Positions 29,814 through 39,289 of a DNA stretch of 64,000 bases are shown here, piece after piece. Below the pieces are notes generated by a model that was given only the letters and a program-made list of their open reading frames with translations, searched no databases and was not told the origin of the DNA. Every line of letters begins with the position of its first letter. Position 1 is the stretch's first letter. The stretch is from Pseudomonadota bacterium (GTDB taxonomy: Bacteria; Pseudomonadota; Alphaproteobacteria; Rickettsiales; UBA1997), in NCBI GenBank assembly GCA_040386195.1, contig JAZKFV010000022.1:2974-66973 (forward strand), read 5' to 3'. A program made the translations under genes and the position numbers.

Positions 29814-30516
29814 TCCACAATTAAAAGTTAAAATCTTCACCTTATTTCCCGAATCTTTCCCCGGAATTCTCGGCGCGTCGATAGTTGGCGATGCTTTGAC
29901 GCAAGGTTTGTGGCAGTTAGAAATTATTGATATTCGTGAATTTGGAATTGGCAAAAGAAAAGTTGTTGATGATACGGTTTTTGGCGGAGGCTCGGGAATG
30001 TTGATGCGAGCCGATGTTTTGGGTGACGCAATTGAAACTAAAATTCCTAATTTTGCTCACACCAAAATAATTTATCCATCGCCCCGCGGCAGAGTTTTTA
30101 ATCAGAAAAAAGCGGTTGAATTAAGTAAAATCAAAGAGTTGGTAATTGTGTGCGGTCGCTACGAAGGAATTGATCAAAGAGCAATTGAAGAATATCAAAT
30201 GGAAGAAATTTCCATCGGTGATTATGTTTTGTCCGGCGGCGAGCTGCCAGCAATGGTGATGCTTGATGCCATCATCAGAAATTTAGACGGAGTTTTGGGC
30301 GGAGATGATTCTTTGAAAGAAGAAAGCTTCGGCAATGGTTTTGGCAGCAAATTCGACAATCTTTTAGAATATCCCCATTACACCAAACCCCAAATTTGGA
30401 AAAGCCACGAAGTGCCGGAAATTCTGCTTTCTGGGCATCATAAAAATATTGATGAATGGCGATTACAAAAGGCGATTGAGATTACTAAAGCGAGACGAAA
30501 AGATTTATTAAAATAA
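29806..30516 (+). CDS. trmD: tRNA (guanine37-N1)-methyltransferase
   Basis: FTLFPESFP, CGRYEGIDQR, SIGDYVLSGGELPAMV, LLEYPHYT, SGHH. Confidence 0.95.
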   Translation: MNNPQLKVKIFTLFPESFPGILGASIVGDALTQGLWQLEIIDIREFGIGKRKVVDDTVFGGGSGMLMRADVLGDAIETKIPNFAHTKIIYPSPRGRVFNQKKAVELSKIKELVIVCGRYEGIDQRAIEEYQMEEISIGDYVLSGGELPAMVMLDAIIRNLDGVLGGDDSLKEESFGNGFGSKFDNLLEYPHYTKPQIWKSHEVPEILLSGHHKNIDEWRLQKAIEITKARRKDLLK

Positions 30517-31176
30517 TTATTTGCGTTTTCTCTGACTAATTTTCGGCTCACGAATATAAAGTGCCGATGATTTAAAATCATGGTTTGACGCGTATTTTTC
30601 TTCAGCCAATAAAGCAATATTTTTTGCATCAATAAAATCTTCTTGCTCAAAAATTAGCGCATTTTCTAAATCATCTTTAATCATATTTTTAGCACTTCCT
30701 GCTAATACAAATTTTTCCTTCGGCAAAAAATCTTTTAACTCTTCAACCTTGATCATCATTGGCTCAAAACTTGGTTTTAATTGTCCATTTTTAATCACAA
30801 ATTCCTGAATAAAAAATTCTTCTAATCGCGCATCATTAACCACCAAAATCTTTTTTCCCTCACCAAGATATGAATAAGCAATCACTTCCAAACTACTAAC
30901 CGCAATCACCGGCAAGCTAGTTGCAATTGCCAAAGCTTTGGCGCAAGAATAGCCAACTCTAATTCCAGTAAAACTTCCCGGGCCATTGGTAAAAGCAATT
31001 GCGTCTAAATCTTGATACCAAATTTCAGCTTGGCGCAAACATTCCTCAATCACTGGAATCAACATTTCAGAATGTTTGTTATTTTCCAAAATATTTTTCT
31101 GCGCGATGAGTTTTTTATCAAACGCGATTGCAACTGATAATGTGGAATTGGTAGTATCGAAAGCTAAAATTTTCAT
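30517..31176 (-). CDS. tsaB: tRNA t6A37 biosynthesis protein TsaB
   Basis: MKILAFDTTNSTLSVAI, FTNGPGSFTGIRVG. 219 aa. Confidence 0.85.
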   Translation of the reverse strand: MKILAFDTTNSTLSVAIAFDKKLIAQKNILENNKHSEMLIPVIEECLRQAEIWYQDLDAIAFTNGPGSFTGIRVGYSCAKALAIATSLPVIAVSSLEVIAYSYLGEGKKILVVNDARLEEFFIQEFVIKNGQLKPSFEPMMIKVEELKDFLPKEKFVLAGSAKNMIKDDLENALIFEQEDFIDAKNIALLAEEKYASNHDFKSSALYIREPKISQRKRK

Positions 31177-32498
31177 AATTCTGATATTTTTAAAGCAATT
31201 TGATGTGCCAAAATTCTAAGCTCAGGAACGGCGGTAATTTCTAATAATTGACCAGTTAATAATCCGCCCGCTAAATAAAAATTGGGATGATTTTTTGAAA
31301 CTTCAAAACCCAAACCAGTTGCATGATGAGCAATGATTTTTTCTTCAACAAGATTACTTAATAAATCACTGGTGCGCCCAGAAAAATCAAAGCCCATCGC
31401 ATTTAAAACTAAATCAGCCTCAATAGTTTTTTGATTATTTAAAGTAGCAATAATTTGCGAATTTTTTTCTGCTAATTTTTGTAATCGACCTTGAATAATT
31501 TGTAATTTTTCAGATTGAATCATCTCCATAATTTGATCGTTGTTATCCAGCGTAATGCGATGGCGATGGATATTCCAAAAACTCAGCAAGTGGCGCAAAA
31601 ATTGACGTTTTTTATTCAAGCTAAATTTTTGCCATAATTCCGAAGTGATTGACCTGATGCCATGAATAACCGATTGCCAATCATCGGTGGCTCTTCCGGC
31701 AATTTTTAATTTATGTAAAATTTGACTCAAAGGCAAATTGGCGTCAGTAATTTCAAGGGTTCTAACGGCTTTGGTTCTAGTTATTGAATGAGGAAGTGGT
31801 AATTTTGCGCTGCCTGAACAAGTAATAATTTTTCCTTCAAAGCCAGAATTTTTTAGACTCAAAACCGCATCAACCGTGGTTAAACCAGTGCCAATAATTA
31901 AAACTGTTCCAGATTTTGGAAGTTCATTATGATTAAAAAATTGCCAAATATTATCGATAATTTTTTCACTTTGAAAATTTGCCGAAAGCTTTTTAACCTT
32001 TAAACCACAGGCTGCAACCACAAAATCATATTGCTTATTATTCAAAAAATATTTTCCATCAATAAATTTTATATCAGAAATTTTTTCACTAACAAAATTT
32101 AAGCGCGGATTTTTTTTGAGCTCCAAAATAATTTCCTGCAAATAAGCCCGATATAAAGGGCGCGGCGCAAAATTATCTTTGGCGATTTGAGGATTCTGAT
32201 TTTTGATCAGCCATTTATAAAAATGCTCTTCATCAGCAAACGGCAAACCCATTTTATCAGCTGGCACATTCAAAATATGGTGCAAATCATTGGTTTGATA
32301 GGCTTTGCCGTTATTTTGAAAATTTTCATCATCGAACAGATCGATGCGAATTTGTGAATTTAACTGGAGCAAATTATACGCCACCGCCAATCCGGAAAAT
32401 CCGCCGCCAATTATTGCAATGTTTTTGTTGTTTATCATTTTTAAATTAACGGAAATTTCCTGAACTTCTAGCTGATTCTTGCCCACTAATATCTCCAT
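31173..32498 (-). CDS. FAD/NAD(P)-binding oxidoreductase (two-Rossmann, FAD-NAD(P)-binding family)
   Basis: IAIIGGGFSGLAVAY first Rossmann and VLIIGTGLTTVDAV second. The real start is probably MINNKNIAIIGGG (ATG 32438) rather than 32498. Confidence 0.65.
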   Translation of the reverse strand: MEILVGKNQLEVQEISVNLKMINNKNIAIIGGGFSGLAVAYNLLQLNSQIRIDLFDDENFQNNGKAYQTNDLHHILNVPADKMGLPFADEEHFYKWLIKNQNPQIAKDNFAPRPLYRAYLQEIILELKKNPRLNFVSEKISDIKFIDGKYFLNNKQYDFVVAACGLKVKKLSANFQSEKIIDNIWQFFNHNELPKSGTVLIIGTGLTTVDAVLSLKNSGFEGKIITCSGSAKLPLPHSITRTKAVRTLEITDANLPLSQILHKLKIAGRATDDWQSVIHGIRSITSELWQKFSLNKKRQFLRHLLSFWNIHRHRITLDNNDQIMEMIQSEKLQIIQGRLQKLAEKNSQIIATLNNQKTIEADLVLNAMGFDFSGRTSDLLSNLVEEKIIAHHATGLGFEVSKNHPNFYLAGGLLTGQLLEITAVPELRILAHQIALKISEL

Positions 32499-32653
32499 TT
32501 TTGGTGTAGAGTAAAAACTGGGTTATATTGCTAGGTTTTGATTTTTTAGCATCCTTTTCTTCTGGTAATCCCTCTAAGTTTCTTTTCATATTTTTATAAT
32601 TTATTAGATTAAACAAGGTTAATAAAATGATGACTCAGCTTTATTATTTTTAA

Positions 32654-32705
32654 TTATTTTTCAAGCTCATCAAGAAATACCATCTAAACCTTTTAGCCAA
32701 AATCT
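32654..32705 (-). pseudogene. degraded duplicate of the pepF 3' end
   Basis: 46 of 52 nt match pepF 34462-34521 (ttatttttc..ctcatca..agaaat..catctaaacc..gcc.aaaatct) with 3 gaps (9 nt), in the same orientation. The frame is broken. Confidence 0.6.
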
Positions 32706-32775
32706 ACCATCCACTCATAGTTTTAAAATTCACCGCAAATTAAGCGTTGACTAAACTCTTTTTGAGTTGGTTTAA

Positions 32776-34452
32776 TTAGCTTGGTTGGTTGGAATTGATG
32801 TTTGGAGTTGAAACAATTTTTGATCCTAACGGCTTGGTAGGTGTTCTTCCTAATGTTTCTGGGTTAAGTGGTGAATCTCGATCTGCGTTATTTAATTGGT
32901 TAGCGTCACTAATTTTAATTAAATCTTGATACCATTGCGGAACCCCATTAAAAGTGTCGATTGGCTCTTTTCTTAGATCAAATTCATCTTTTATTTTTAC
33001 CAACAAAACTTGGCAATAAGGCTTTCTTTCAATATTGACAAGCAGATGTTTAATAAGCGTTATATATTCTGGATATTCTAAAGATAACGATGCGGTTGGG
33101 TTATTTTCTAAATAATCAATTATTTTATTAATCGCCAGATAATCATTGTGATGCAATATTCTTTTATAGAGATTGGAAGAGATTATTTTGTCATACATTT
33201 CTTCGTCGATAGTTAGCGCTAAAAATTGTTTTTCAAATTGTTTTGGATCGGCAGTTAAGTAGTAATTTAAAATATCCAATTGGGTTATTTCTAATTGGTT
33301 TGTTTCTAAAATTTCTAAAGCAATCTCAAAAATAGATTCCAATGAAAAGCGAAATTGTTCTTCTAATTCAGAGGATTCAATTTTTTTAGCAAGGCCTTCG
33401 ATTAGAGTCTTCAATTTAGGCCGTGTCATTTTATAATCATTAGACATTGTTTTGGCATCAATATCAAAATCGGGAATTTGCATTATTTCCGCGAGAATAA
33501 AAATATAAATTATATTTCGATTTTCTGCATTTATTTGGTCTATAAAAATATCAAAATCTTCAGATGTTTTATTTATCTTAAATTTCTCACAAACGCCACC
33601 CATCACTTCACAAATCCCAATGCTTGAAGCTTGCGGAATTCTAACATTATTTATTCTTTTGGATTTAGGCCTGGGTTTTCTTTCATCTTTCACGGGGATT
33701 GATGCAACTAATTCATTTTCGATGTCTATAATATGCGTCTCTAAAAATGTTACTCTTGTTAAATCTTTGAGTTTTCTGGCTGTGATTATATTTAAATAAT
33801 CTCTCTGAGTATTGTGTATCAGGAGCTGATAAAAAGATGAAAATGATTCAAAGGTAAGATGCGGTTGTTTCTTTTTTACCGCCAAAAATAATGAATTTAG
33901 AAAATCCGCCTCGCGACACAGCGTTAGAATTTCTGCAAAATTGCTTGGCTGCAATTCTGAATCTATTCCCAAAAGATATTCTGGAGGAACTAATTCTGGC
34001 GCCAAATCTTGATCCGTTAAAATTGCAAGCAAACGATTATAACGACTATTTTGTTCGACAAGATCTTCTGATTTGACACTATCAATTTTTAAAGCGGACT
34101 CATCATATTTTTGTTGACACTTTTGATGAATATCTTTTGTTATTTCGTCTAGAGCCCGCAAGAAATCGGCACTTATTTTTTTTATTGCCTGTTCAACCTG
34201 ATGCCTGTTTAAGCCATTTTTAGCCAAAAGAACACTATCCTTACGAACGATATTGTATGTTGTTAACATAAAATTATATTCGCTCATCAAATTCGAATAT
34301 TCCATTGCAAGTAAGCGATCTAAAAATCTAGACTCAAAACTCATCACTTCGCCGCTTTCAATTTCTCTTATAACTTGAGCGAACAGACCTAAATATTCTT
34401 TTGTTTGTTCCTCAGAGATCTGGCTTGGCAAGAGTTTTGAAGTTTTTGTCAT
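32776..34452 (-). CDS. 558-aa hypothetical protein
   Basis: Uninterrupted ORF with no recognisable motif. Bracketed by pepF 3'-end copies. Confidence 0.55.
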   Translation of the reverse strand: MTKTSKLLPSQISEEQTKEYLGLFAQVIREIESGEVMSFESRFLDRLLAMEYSNLMSEYNFMLTTYNIVRKDSVLLAKNGLNRHQVEQAIKKISADFLRALDEITKDIHQKCQQKYDESALKIDSVKSEDLVEQNSRYNRLLAILTDQDLAPELVPPEYLLGIDSELQPSNFAEILTLCREADFLNSLFLAVKKKQPHLTFESFSSFYQLLIHNTQRDYLNIITARKLKDLTRVTFLETHIIDIENELVASIPVKDERKPRPKSKRINNVRIPQASSIGICEVMGGVCEKFKINKTSEDFDIFIDQINAENRNIIYIFILAEIMQIPDFDIDAKTMSNDYKMTRPKLKTLIEGLAKKIESSELEEQFRFSLESIFEIALEILETNQLEITQLDILNYYLTADPKQFEKQFLALTIDEEMYDKIISSNLYKRILHHNDYLAINKIIDYLENNPTASLSLEYPEYITLIKHLLVNIERKPYCQVLLVKIKDEFDLRKEPIDTFNGVPQWYQDLIKISDANQLNNADRDSPLNPETLGRTPTKPLGSKIVSTPNINSNQPS

Positions 34453-34461
34453 AGATTTATA

Positions 34462-36237
34462 TTATTTTTCCAACTCATCAATATAAGAAATTATCACATC
34501 TAAACCTTTCTGCCAAAAATCTGCTTTGCTAGCGTCTAATCCAAATGGAGCCAATAAATCCTTGTGATGCAAGGTTCCGCCAGCTTCTAACATTTTGAAA
34601 TATTTATCTTCAAAGCCTTTCAAACCCGATTTGTAAACGCCGTAAAGTGAGTTGACTAAACAATCGCCAAAGGCATAAGAATAAACATAAAATGGCGAGT
34701 GGATGAAATGGGGAATGTATGACCAATAATATTTATATTCGTCATCAAAAGTGAATACATCGCCGAGGCTTTCTTTTTGTACTTCCATCCAAAATTGATT
34801 TAATTTTTCGATAGAAATTTCACCTTTTTTGCGCTCATCATGAACCTTTTTCTCAAAATCCAGAAAGGCAATTTGACGCACGACAGTGTTGATCATATCT
34901 TCAACTTTGGCGGCGATAATCAATTTTCTTTTTTGCGGATTTTTTTCACGACGCAAAATTTCTTGGAAAGTTAATTGTTCGCCAAAAACCGAAGCAGTTT
35001 CTGCCAAAGTGAGTGGCGTTCCTGCCATCAAACAACCTTGCGAGCCAGATAAAACCTGATGCACGCCGTGCCCTAATTCGTGAGCCAAAGTCATAACATC
35101 GCGAACTTTTCCTTGATAATTTAACATCAAATAGGGGTGAACGCTAGGCACAGTTGGATGGGCAAACGCGCCAGAATCTTTACCATCTTTTACGCCAACA
35201 TCAATCCAGGCATTATCAAAAAACTTTTGACCTAATTTGGCTAATTTTGGTGAAAAAGAATTATAGGCACAGGCAACGATTTCTTTGGCTTCATCCCAAG
35301 CGATCAATTTATTTTCTGATGCAGAAATTGGCGCGTTGCGATCTGAATAATGCAACTTTTTTTTGCCTAAAATTTTGGCTTTAATTTTGTAATAACGATG
35401 TGAAATTGCTGGATAATTTTTCTTTACGGTTTTAATCAAACTTTCAACAACTTCATCTTCAATAAAATTACTCAAATTACGGCTGGAAATAGGCGTAGCA
35501 AAGCCGCGCCATTTATCATAAATGTCTTTATCTTTAGCTAAAATATTGGTGATATAAGCTAAAATTTTGCTATTTTCTTGTAAAACTTGCCCAATAATTT
35601 TTGCCGCTTTGCGTCTGGTTTTTTCATCTTTATTGCACAGTAAATCAAAAATCTGCGACGAGTTCAAAGTTTTTTTATCGAATGGAAATTTCAAATTGTT
35701 AATGGTTTCATCAAACAAGCGACTCCAAGCCGCTCCACCAGTTGCTGATTTTTCGAGCAACATTTTTTCTAACTCTTCACTTAACTGATATTTTTTAAAA
35801 ACTCTAACATCGCGAAGATAGGGCTGATAACGCTGTAAATCCTTATTATCCTTAATCAAAGCACTCAACTTTTTGTCTTCAATTTGATTAATTTCTAATT
35901 CAAAAAACACCATCAAACTCGAAATATCATTAATCTTTTCTGAAGAATCTTGATAAAACGCCGTATCCTTTGGGCTGTTTAAATTCGTGGCGTAATTGAG
36001 ATAAGCAAAGCTAGAAATCTTTCCCAAAAGCTCAGAGATTTTTTCATATTCTTTAATTGCTTTGGCTAAATTAATCGCCGAAATTCCCGACAATTTTCCT
36101 TGATAATTTTTCTTAAATTTTGTCGCCAAATCACCAGCCAATTTAAAATCTTCAGCAATTTTTTTATCAGTGATTGATTTATAGAAATCAGTCAAATCCC
36201 AGTTCGGCAAGTTATTTAGTTTTTTTGTTTTGGTCAT
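34462..36237 (-). CDS. pepF: oligoendopeptidase F (M3B family)
   Basis: HELGHGVH zinc site, overall PepF-like length (591 aa) and flanking conserved blocks. Confidence 0.9.
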   Translation of the reverse strand: MTKTKKLNNLPNWDLTDFYKSITDKKIAEDFKLAGDLATKFKKNYQGKLSGISAINLAKAIKEYEKISELLGKISSFAYLNYATNLNSPKDTAFYQDSSEKINDISSLMVFFELEINQIEDKKLSALIKDNKDLQRYQPYLRDVRVFKKYQLSEELEKMLLEKSATGGAAWSRLFDETINNLKFPFDKKTLNSSQIFDLLCNKDEKTRRKAAKIIGQVLQENSKILAYITNILAKDKDIYDKWRGFATPISSRNLSNFIEDEVVESLIKTVKKNYPAISHRYYKIKAKILGKKKLHYSDRNAPISASENKLIAWDEAKEIVACAYNSFSPKLAKLGQKFFDNAWIDVGVKDGKDSGAFAHPTVPSVHPYLMLNYQGKVRDVMTLAHELGHGVHQVLSGSQGCLMAGTPLTLAETASVFGEQLTFQEILRREKNPQKRKLIIAAKVEDMINTVVRQIAFLDFEKKVHDERKKGEISIEKLNQFWMEVQKESLGDVFTFDDEYKYYWSYIPHFIHSPFYVYSYAFGDCLVNSLYGVYKSGLKGFEDKYFKMLEAGGTLHHKDLLAPFGLDASKADFWQKGLDVIISYIDELEK

Positions 36238-37087
36238 TTGTTGTTAATTTTTTATTGTTGGTAGATTTTTTTATTGTCTCAATTTTTTTAATACTCTCAG
36301 CCGTTGGCAGCTTTTCTGGCATAATTCCGCCAATTTCAGCAATGGTTTGTCTTACTTTTCTACCAATTTCAAAATGAGTTTTATTGGCTTGAGTTTTACC
36401 TTTGATATGTTCACGGCGCAATTTTTCTTCAGTTTGAGTGGCGCGAAATAAATTAGCAGCAAGTTCAGTGCTGCCCATATGATCGAGAATTTTTTGGCTT
36501 TTTTTCAAGCCTTTTTTCTGATGAATTGCCTGATGATCCAAGCCGCCATATAAGCCTTTATAACCATGATTTTGGAAAATTGCATAATCAATTGAATTAA
36601 TTACTCCTGAATCTTTAGCGGTAGAAGCAAGCTGAATATTGTGTCTAGTTAATTCATTACGCAGAAAAAGTCTTTTTTCATCTTCATTGCTCAAGCCGCT
36701 ATTTTCTTTCATCTGCCTGACTTCTTGCAAGCGAGTTTGCAGGGCAAAATAACTTTGACCCAGCGCCACAATTTCTTTGGAAGGATCGGCGTTTTGCACA
36801 ATCAAATAACAGGCGTAACGCGATAGTTTTACATTCTCAATTTCTCTTTTAGCGCCACTTCCTAAATCGACCATTTCGAGGATATCCTCGAAATGGTCTG
36901 AAACCTTATAGTTGCTGTTCCGGCAGGATTCTTGAGCTTTAGCAATTACCGGTACAAAATGACGATATTCTGAATATTCTAAAATTTTTGCTAACTCCCT
37001 AGCAGTCCAAAATTCATTGCCGTTGCGGTCAATTTTTTTGCTATTTTCGAAGATTTTTAAACTAGTTTTTGTGAGTTGGTTTTTCAT
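36212..37087 (-). CDS. dinD: DNA damage-inducible protein D
   Basis: Near-colinear similarity to E. coli DinD: EYSEYRHFVPVI, LSRYACYLIVQNADP, EKRLFLRNEL, FQNHGYKGLYGGLD, ILDHMGSTELAANLFRATQTEEKL. Confidence 0.9.
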   Translation of the reverse strand: MKNQLTKTSLKIFENSKKIDRNGNEFWTARELAKILEYSEYRHFVPVIAKAQESCRNSNYKVSDHFEDILEMVDLGSGAKREIENVKLSRYACYLIVQNADPSKEIVALGQSYFALQTRLQEVRQMKENSGLSNEDEKRLFLRNELTRHNIQLASTAKDSGVINSIDYAIFQNHGYKGLYGGLDHQAIHQKKGLKKSQKILDHMGSTELAANLFRATQTEEKLRREHIKGKTQANKTHFEIGRKVRQTIAEIGGIMPEKLPTAESIKKIETIKKSTNNKKLTTNDQNKKTK

Positions 37088-37157
37088 AGGTTTTTGTGGC
37101 TTTGGGTTTAATAAAAATAACTCGGCTTAATTTATTTATATTTTTTTAATCATCAAT

Positions 37158-38450
37158 TTATAACTTCTCAAACACCGCCACCAGCTCCAAATGATGGCTA
37201 TAAACGAACTGATCAATGGCTTTGATTTTGGTAATTTTATAACCGTTTTGTAGCAAGATTTTAGCATCAACTGCGAAAGCTGAAGGGTTGCAGGAAATAT
37301 AGATTACGGATTTGATTTTGGATTTGGCTAAATGTTGAGTTTGAGATTCAGCGCCGTTGCGTGGCGGGTTGATGATGGCGAGGTGTTGACCGGTTAATTC
37401 TTTGGGAAGTAATGGAGTTTTGACTAAATCTTTTTCAAAGCCTTGAATTTTCTGGTTGAGATTATTTTTGGTGGCGTTCTTGTTTAAAGCTTCGATCATT
37501 GATTTTTCGCCTTCAAAAGCTTTGATGTGGGTTTTGGCATTTTGGGATAGAGCAGCGAAGCTGTAAGTTCCAATGCCGCAATATAAATCAACTATGTTAA
37601 GAATTTTTTCTGGGTTTTTGGTTTGTAATGAAGTAACTAAATCGTTGATCTCATTGATAATTATATCTTGCCCAGCCTTGGTTGCTTGTAGAAAAATATT
37701 GGCGTTGAGGTCGATTTTTATATCGCCGAAAAATAATTGGGGGATTTGAGATTGGTAAATCAAATTACAATCATCAGCAATTCTATAAGCCAAACTAATG
37801 ATGTTATTGTCTTTAGCGAAATTGGTTAACCCATCAGCAACTTCAAGGCTTGGCGCAATTGGAGTTTGCAGAATTGCAGCAATTCCGTTATCAAATTTGG
37901 TGATTGAAATTTGAGTGATTTTGGTGGTTATATTTTTGACTAAATCTTGCAAAGGATGAATTAAAGCGGCGATTTCTTTTTCCAAAATCAAGCAGCTTTC
38001 AATTTTTACCACGTCATTACTATTCTCACGGAAAAATCCTAAACGATGATTATGATCAACTTGAAAATTTACCCTTCTTCTAAAACCAGCTGGAATAAAG
38101 CTCCAATCGATATTGCCATCGAAAGTGATTTGATCTCTGGCAAATAAATCTAAGAGAATTTTTTGTTTAAAACTTTGGTAATAATCCACTGTTAAATGTT
38201 GTAAAGAACATCCGCCACAATCAGCAAAATGAGGGCAGGGAGGAGTTGCGCGATCTGGACTTGGTGAGATTATTTTGATTAAATTAGCGGCAATAAATTT
38301 GCTATTTTCTTTGATAATTTGCGCTTCAATTTTATCGCCAATTAAGGTTTTGGAGACGAAGATTTTTTTATTCTTTTTGTTATTTGGCGCCAGAGAAAAA
38401 CCTTGTCCAAGGTTGGAAATGCCGGTGATTTCGATGATTTGATTAGTCAT
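37158..38450 (-). CDS. TRAM-domain 23S rRNA (uracil-C5)-methyltransferase family protein (RlmD/RumA-like)
   Basis: N-terminal TRAM. Fe-S Cys cluster CPHFADCGGC. SAM motif DLYCGIGT. Catalytic ISCNP. Confidence 0.8.
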   Translation of the reverse strand: MTNQIIEITGISNLGQGFSLAPNNKKNKKIFVSKTLIGDKIEAQIIKENSKFIAANLIKIISPSPDRATPPCPHFADCGGCSLQHLTVDYYQSFKQKILLDLFARDQITFDGNIDWSFIPAGFRRRVNFQVDHNHRLGFFRENSNDVVKIESCLILEKEIAALIHPLQDLVKNITTKITQISITKFDNGIAAILQTPIAPSLEVADGLTNFAKDNNIISLAYRIADDCNLIYQSQIPQLFFGDIKIDLNANIFLQATKAGQDIIINEINDLVTSLQTKNPEKILNIVDLYCGIGTYSFAALSQNAKTHIKAFEGEKSMIEALNKNATKNNLNQKIQGFEKDLVKTPLLPKELTGQHLAIINPPRNGAESQTQHLAKSKIKSVIYISCNPSAFAVDAKILLQNGYKITKIKAIDQFVYSHHLELVAVFEKL

Positions 38451-38474
38451 TATTCGTAGTTTGGAATGAAGGTT

Positions 38475-38526
38475 GGGTCGGCATTAAATGCCGACCCTTT
38501 GTAGGGGCGTATTGAATACGCCTTTT
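38475..38526. other. two adjacent GC-rich stem-loops, the second followed by TTTT on the plus strand
   Basis: gggtcggca/tgccgaccc (38475-38497, 9 bp). ggcgtat/atacgcc (38506-38522, 7 bp) followed by tttt 38523-38526. Lies in the psd-methyltransferase spacer. Confidence 0.5.
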
Positions 38527-38535
38527 GGAGGAAAT

Positions 38536-39213
38536 CTATAACTCGCCAATCACAGTTTCGCCGCCAACCATAGTTTGACCGACTAAAACTTTAACTTGAG
38601 AAGTTTTTGGCAAATAAATATCAGCGCGGCTGCCAAAGCGGATGATGCCGTATCTTTCGCCAGCTTCAACTTCTGCACCTTCTTTTAAATCAGAAACAAT
38701 TCTTCTGGCAACTAAACCGGCAACTTGCACAAAGACAATTTGCGCGCCGCTTTTAGTTTTAACAACTGCAGAATTTCTTTCATTTTCTGCGCTGGCTTCT
38801 TCCAAATTAGCGCTGAAAAATTTACCTTCTTGATATTTCACTTGAGTGATTTTGCCCGCAATTGGCGCGCGGTTCACATGCACATTAAAAACATTTAAAA
38901 ACACGCTGATTTTTGTCCAATCATTATTAGCCAAACCTAATTCTGCTGGCGGAGTTGCGTTTTGTTCAATCAAATTGATCACGCCATCTGCCGGGCTGAT
39001 AATTAAATTTTCGCCTCTTGGAGTGAATCTTTCCGGATCACGAAAAAAGAAAATACACCATAAAGTTAAAACCAAACCAATTGTGCCCAAAGTGCTGCTC
39101 ATTAGAGCTAAAATGATGGTTGCAACAGCAAAAATGAGAATGAATTTGAAACCTTCTTTGTGGATTGGAACGAGGATGACTTTTGCTAAGTCGGTTATGT
39201 GATTGTTGGACAT
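38536..39213 (-). CDS. psd: phosphatidylserine decarboxylase proenzyme (short alpha-type)
   Basis: N-terminal TM segments. HRVNAP-like FNVHVNRAPIAG. FGSR self-cleavage motif (RFGSRADIYLP). Confidence 0.88.
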   Translation of the reverse strand: MSNNHITDLAKVILVPIHKEGFKFILIFAVATIILALMSSTLGTIGLVLTLWCIFFFRDPERFTPRGENLIISPADGVINLIEQNATPPAELGLANNDWTKISVFLNVFNVHVNRAPIAGKITQVKYQEGKFFSANLEEASAENERNSAVVKTKSGAQIVFVQVAGLVARRIVSDLKEGAEVEAGERYGIIRFGSRADIYLPKTSQVKVLVGQTMVGGETVIGEL

Positions 39214-39216
39214 AAA

Positions 39217-39250
39217 TTTAATGATTAATTGTTAATGATTAATGGTTAAA
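39217..39250. repeat. heptamer-periodic element, copy c (single arm only)
   Basis: tttaatgattaattgttaatgattaatggttaaa immediately upstream of psd. No complementary arm within 100 nt. Confidence 0.6.
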
Positions 39251-39289
39251 GACGGCTTGGATTATGTTTATAGTTAGTTAAAAAACAAT

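Noticed and set aside
32446-32589. 47-codon minus-strand ORF (MKRNLEGLPEEKDAKKSKPS...) in the spacer upstream of the FAD/NAD(P)-binding gene.
   Set aside because: It is short, has low complexity and no ribosome-binding context, and overlaps the possible 5' extension of the next gene. There is no support beyond being open.
38642-39202. 63-aa and 118-aa plus-strand ORFs opposite psd.
   Set aside because: They are shadow frames of the conserved psd gene with no independent signals.
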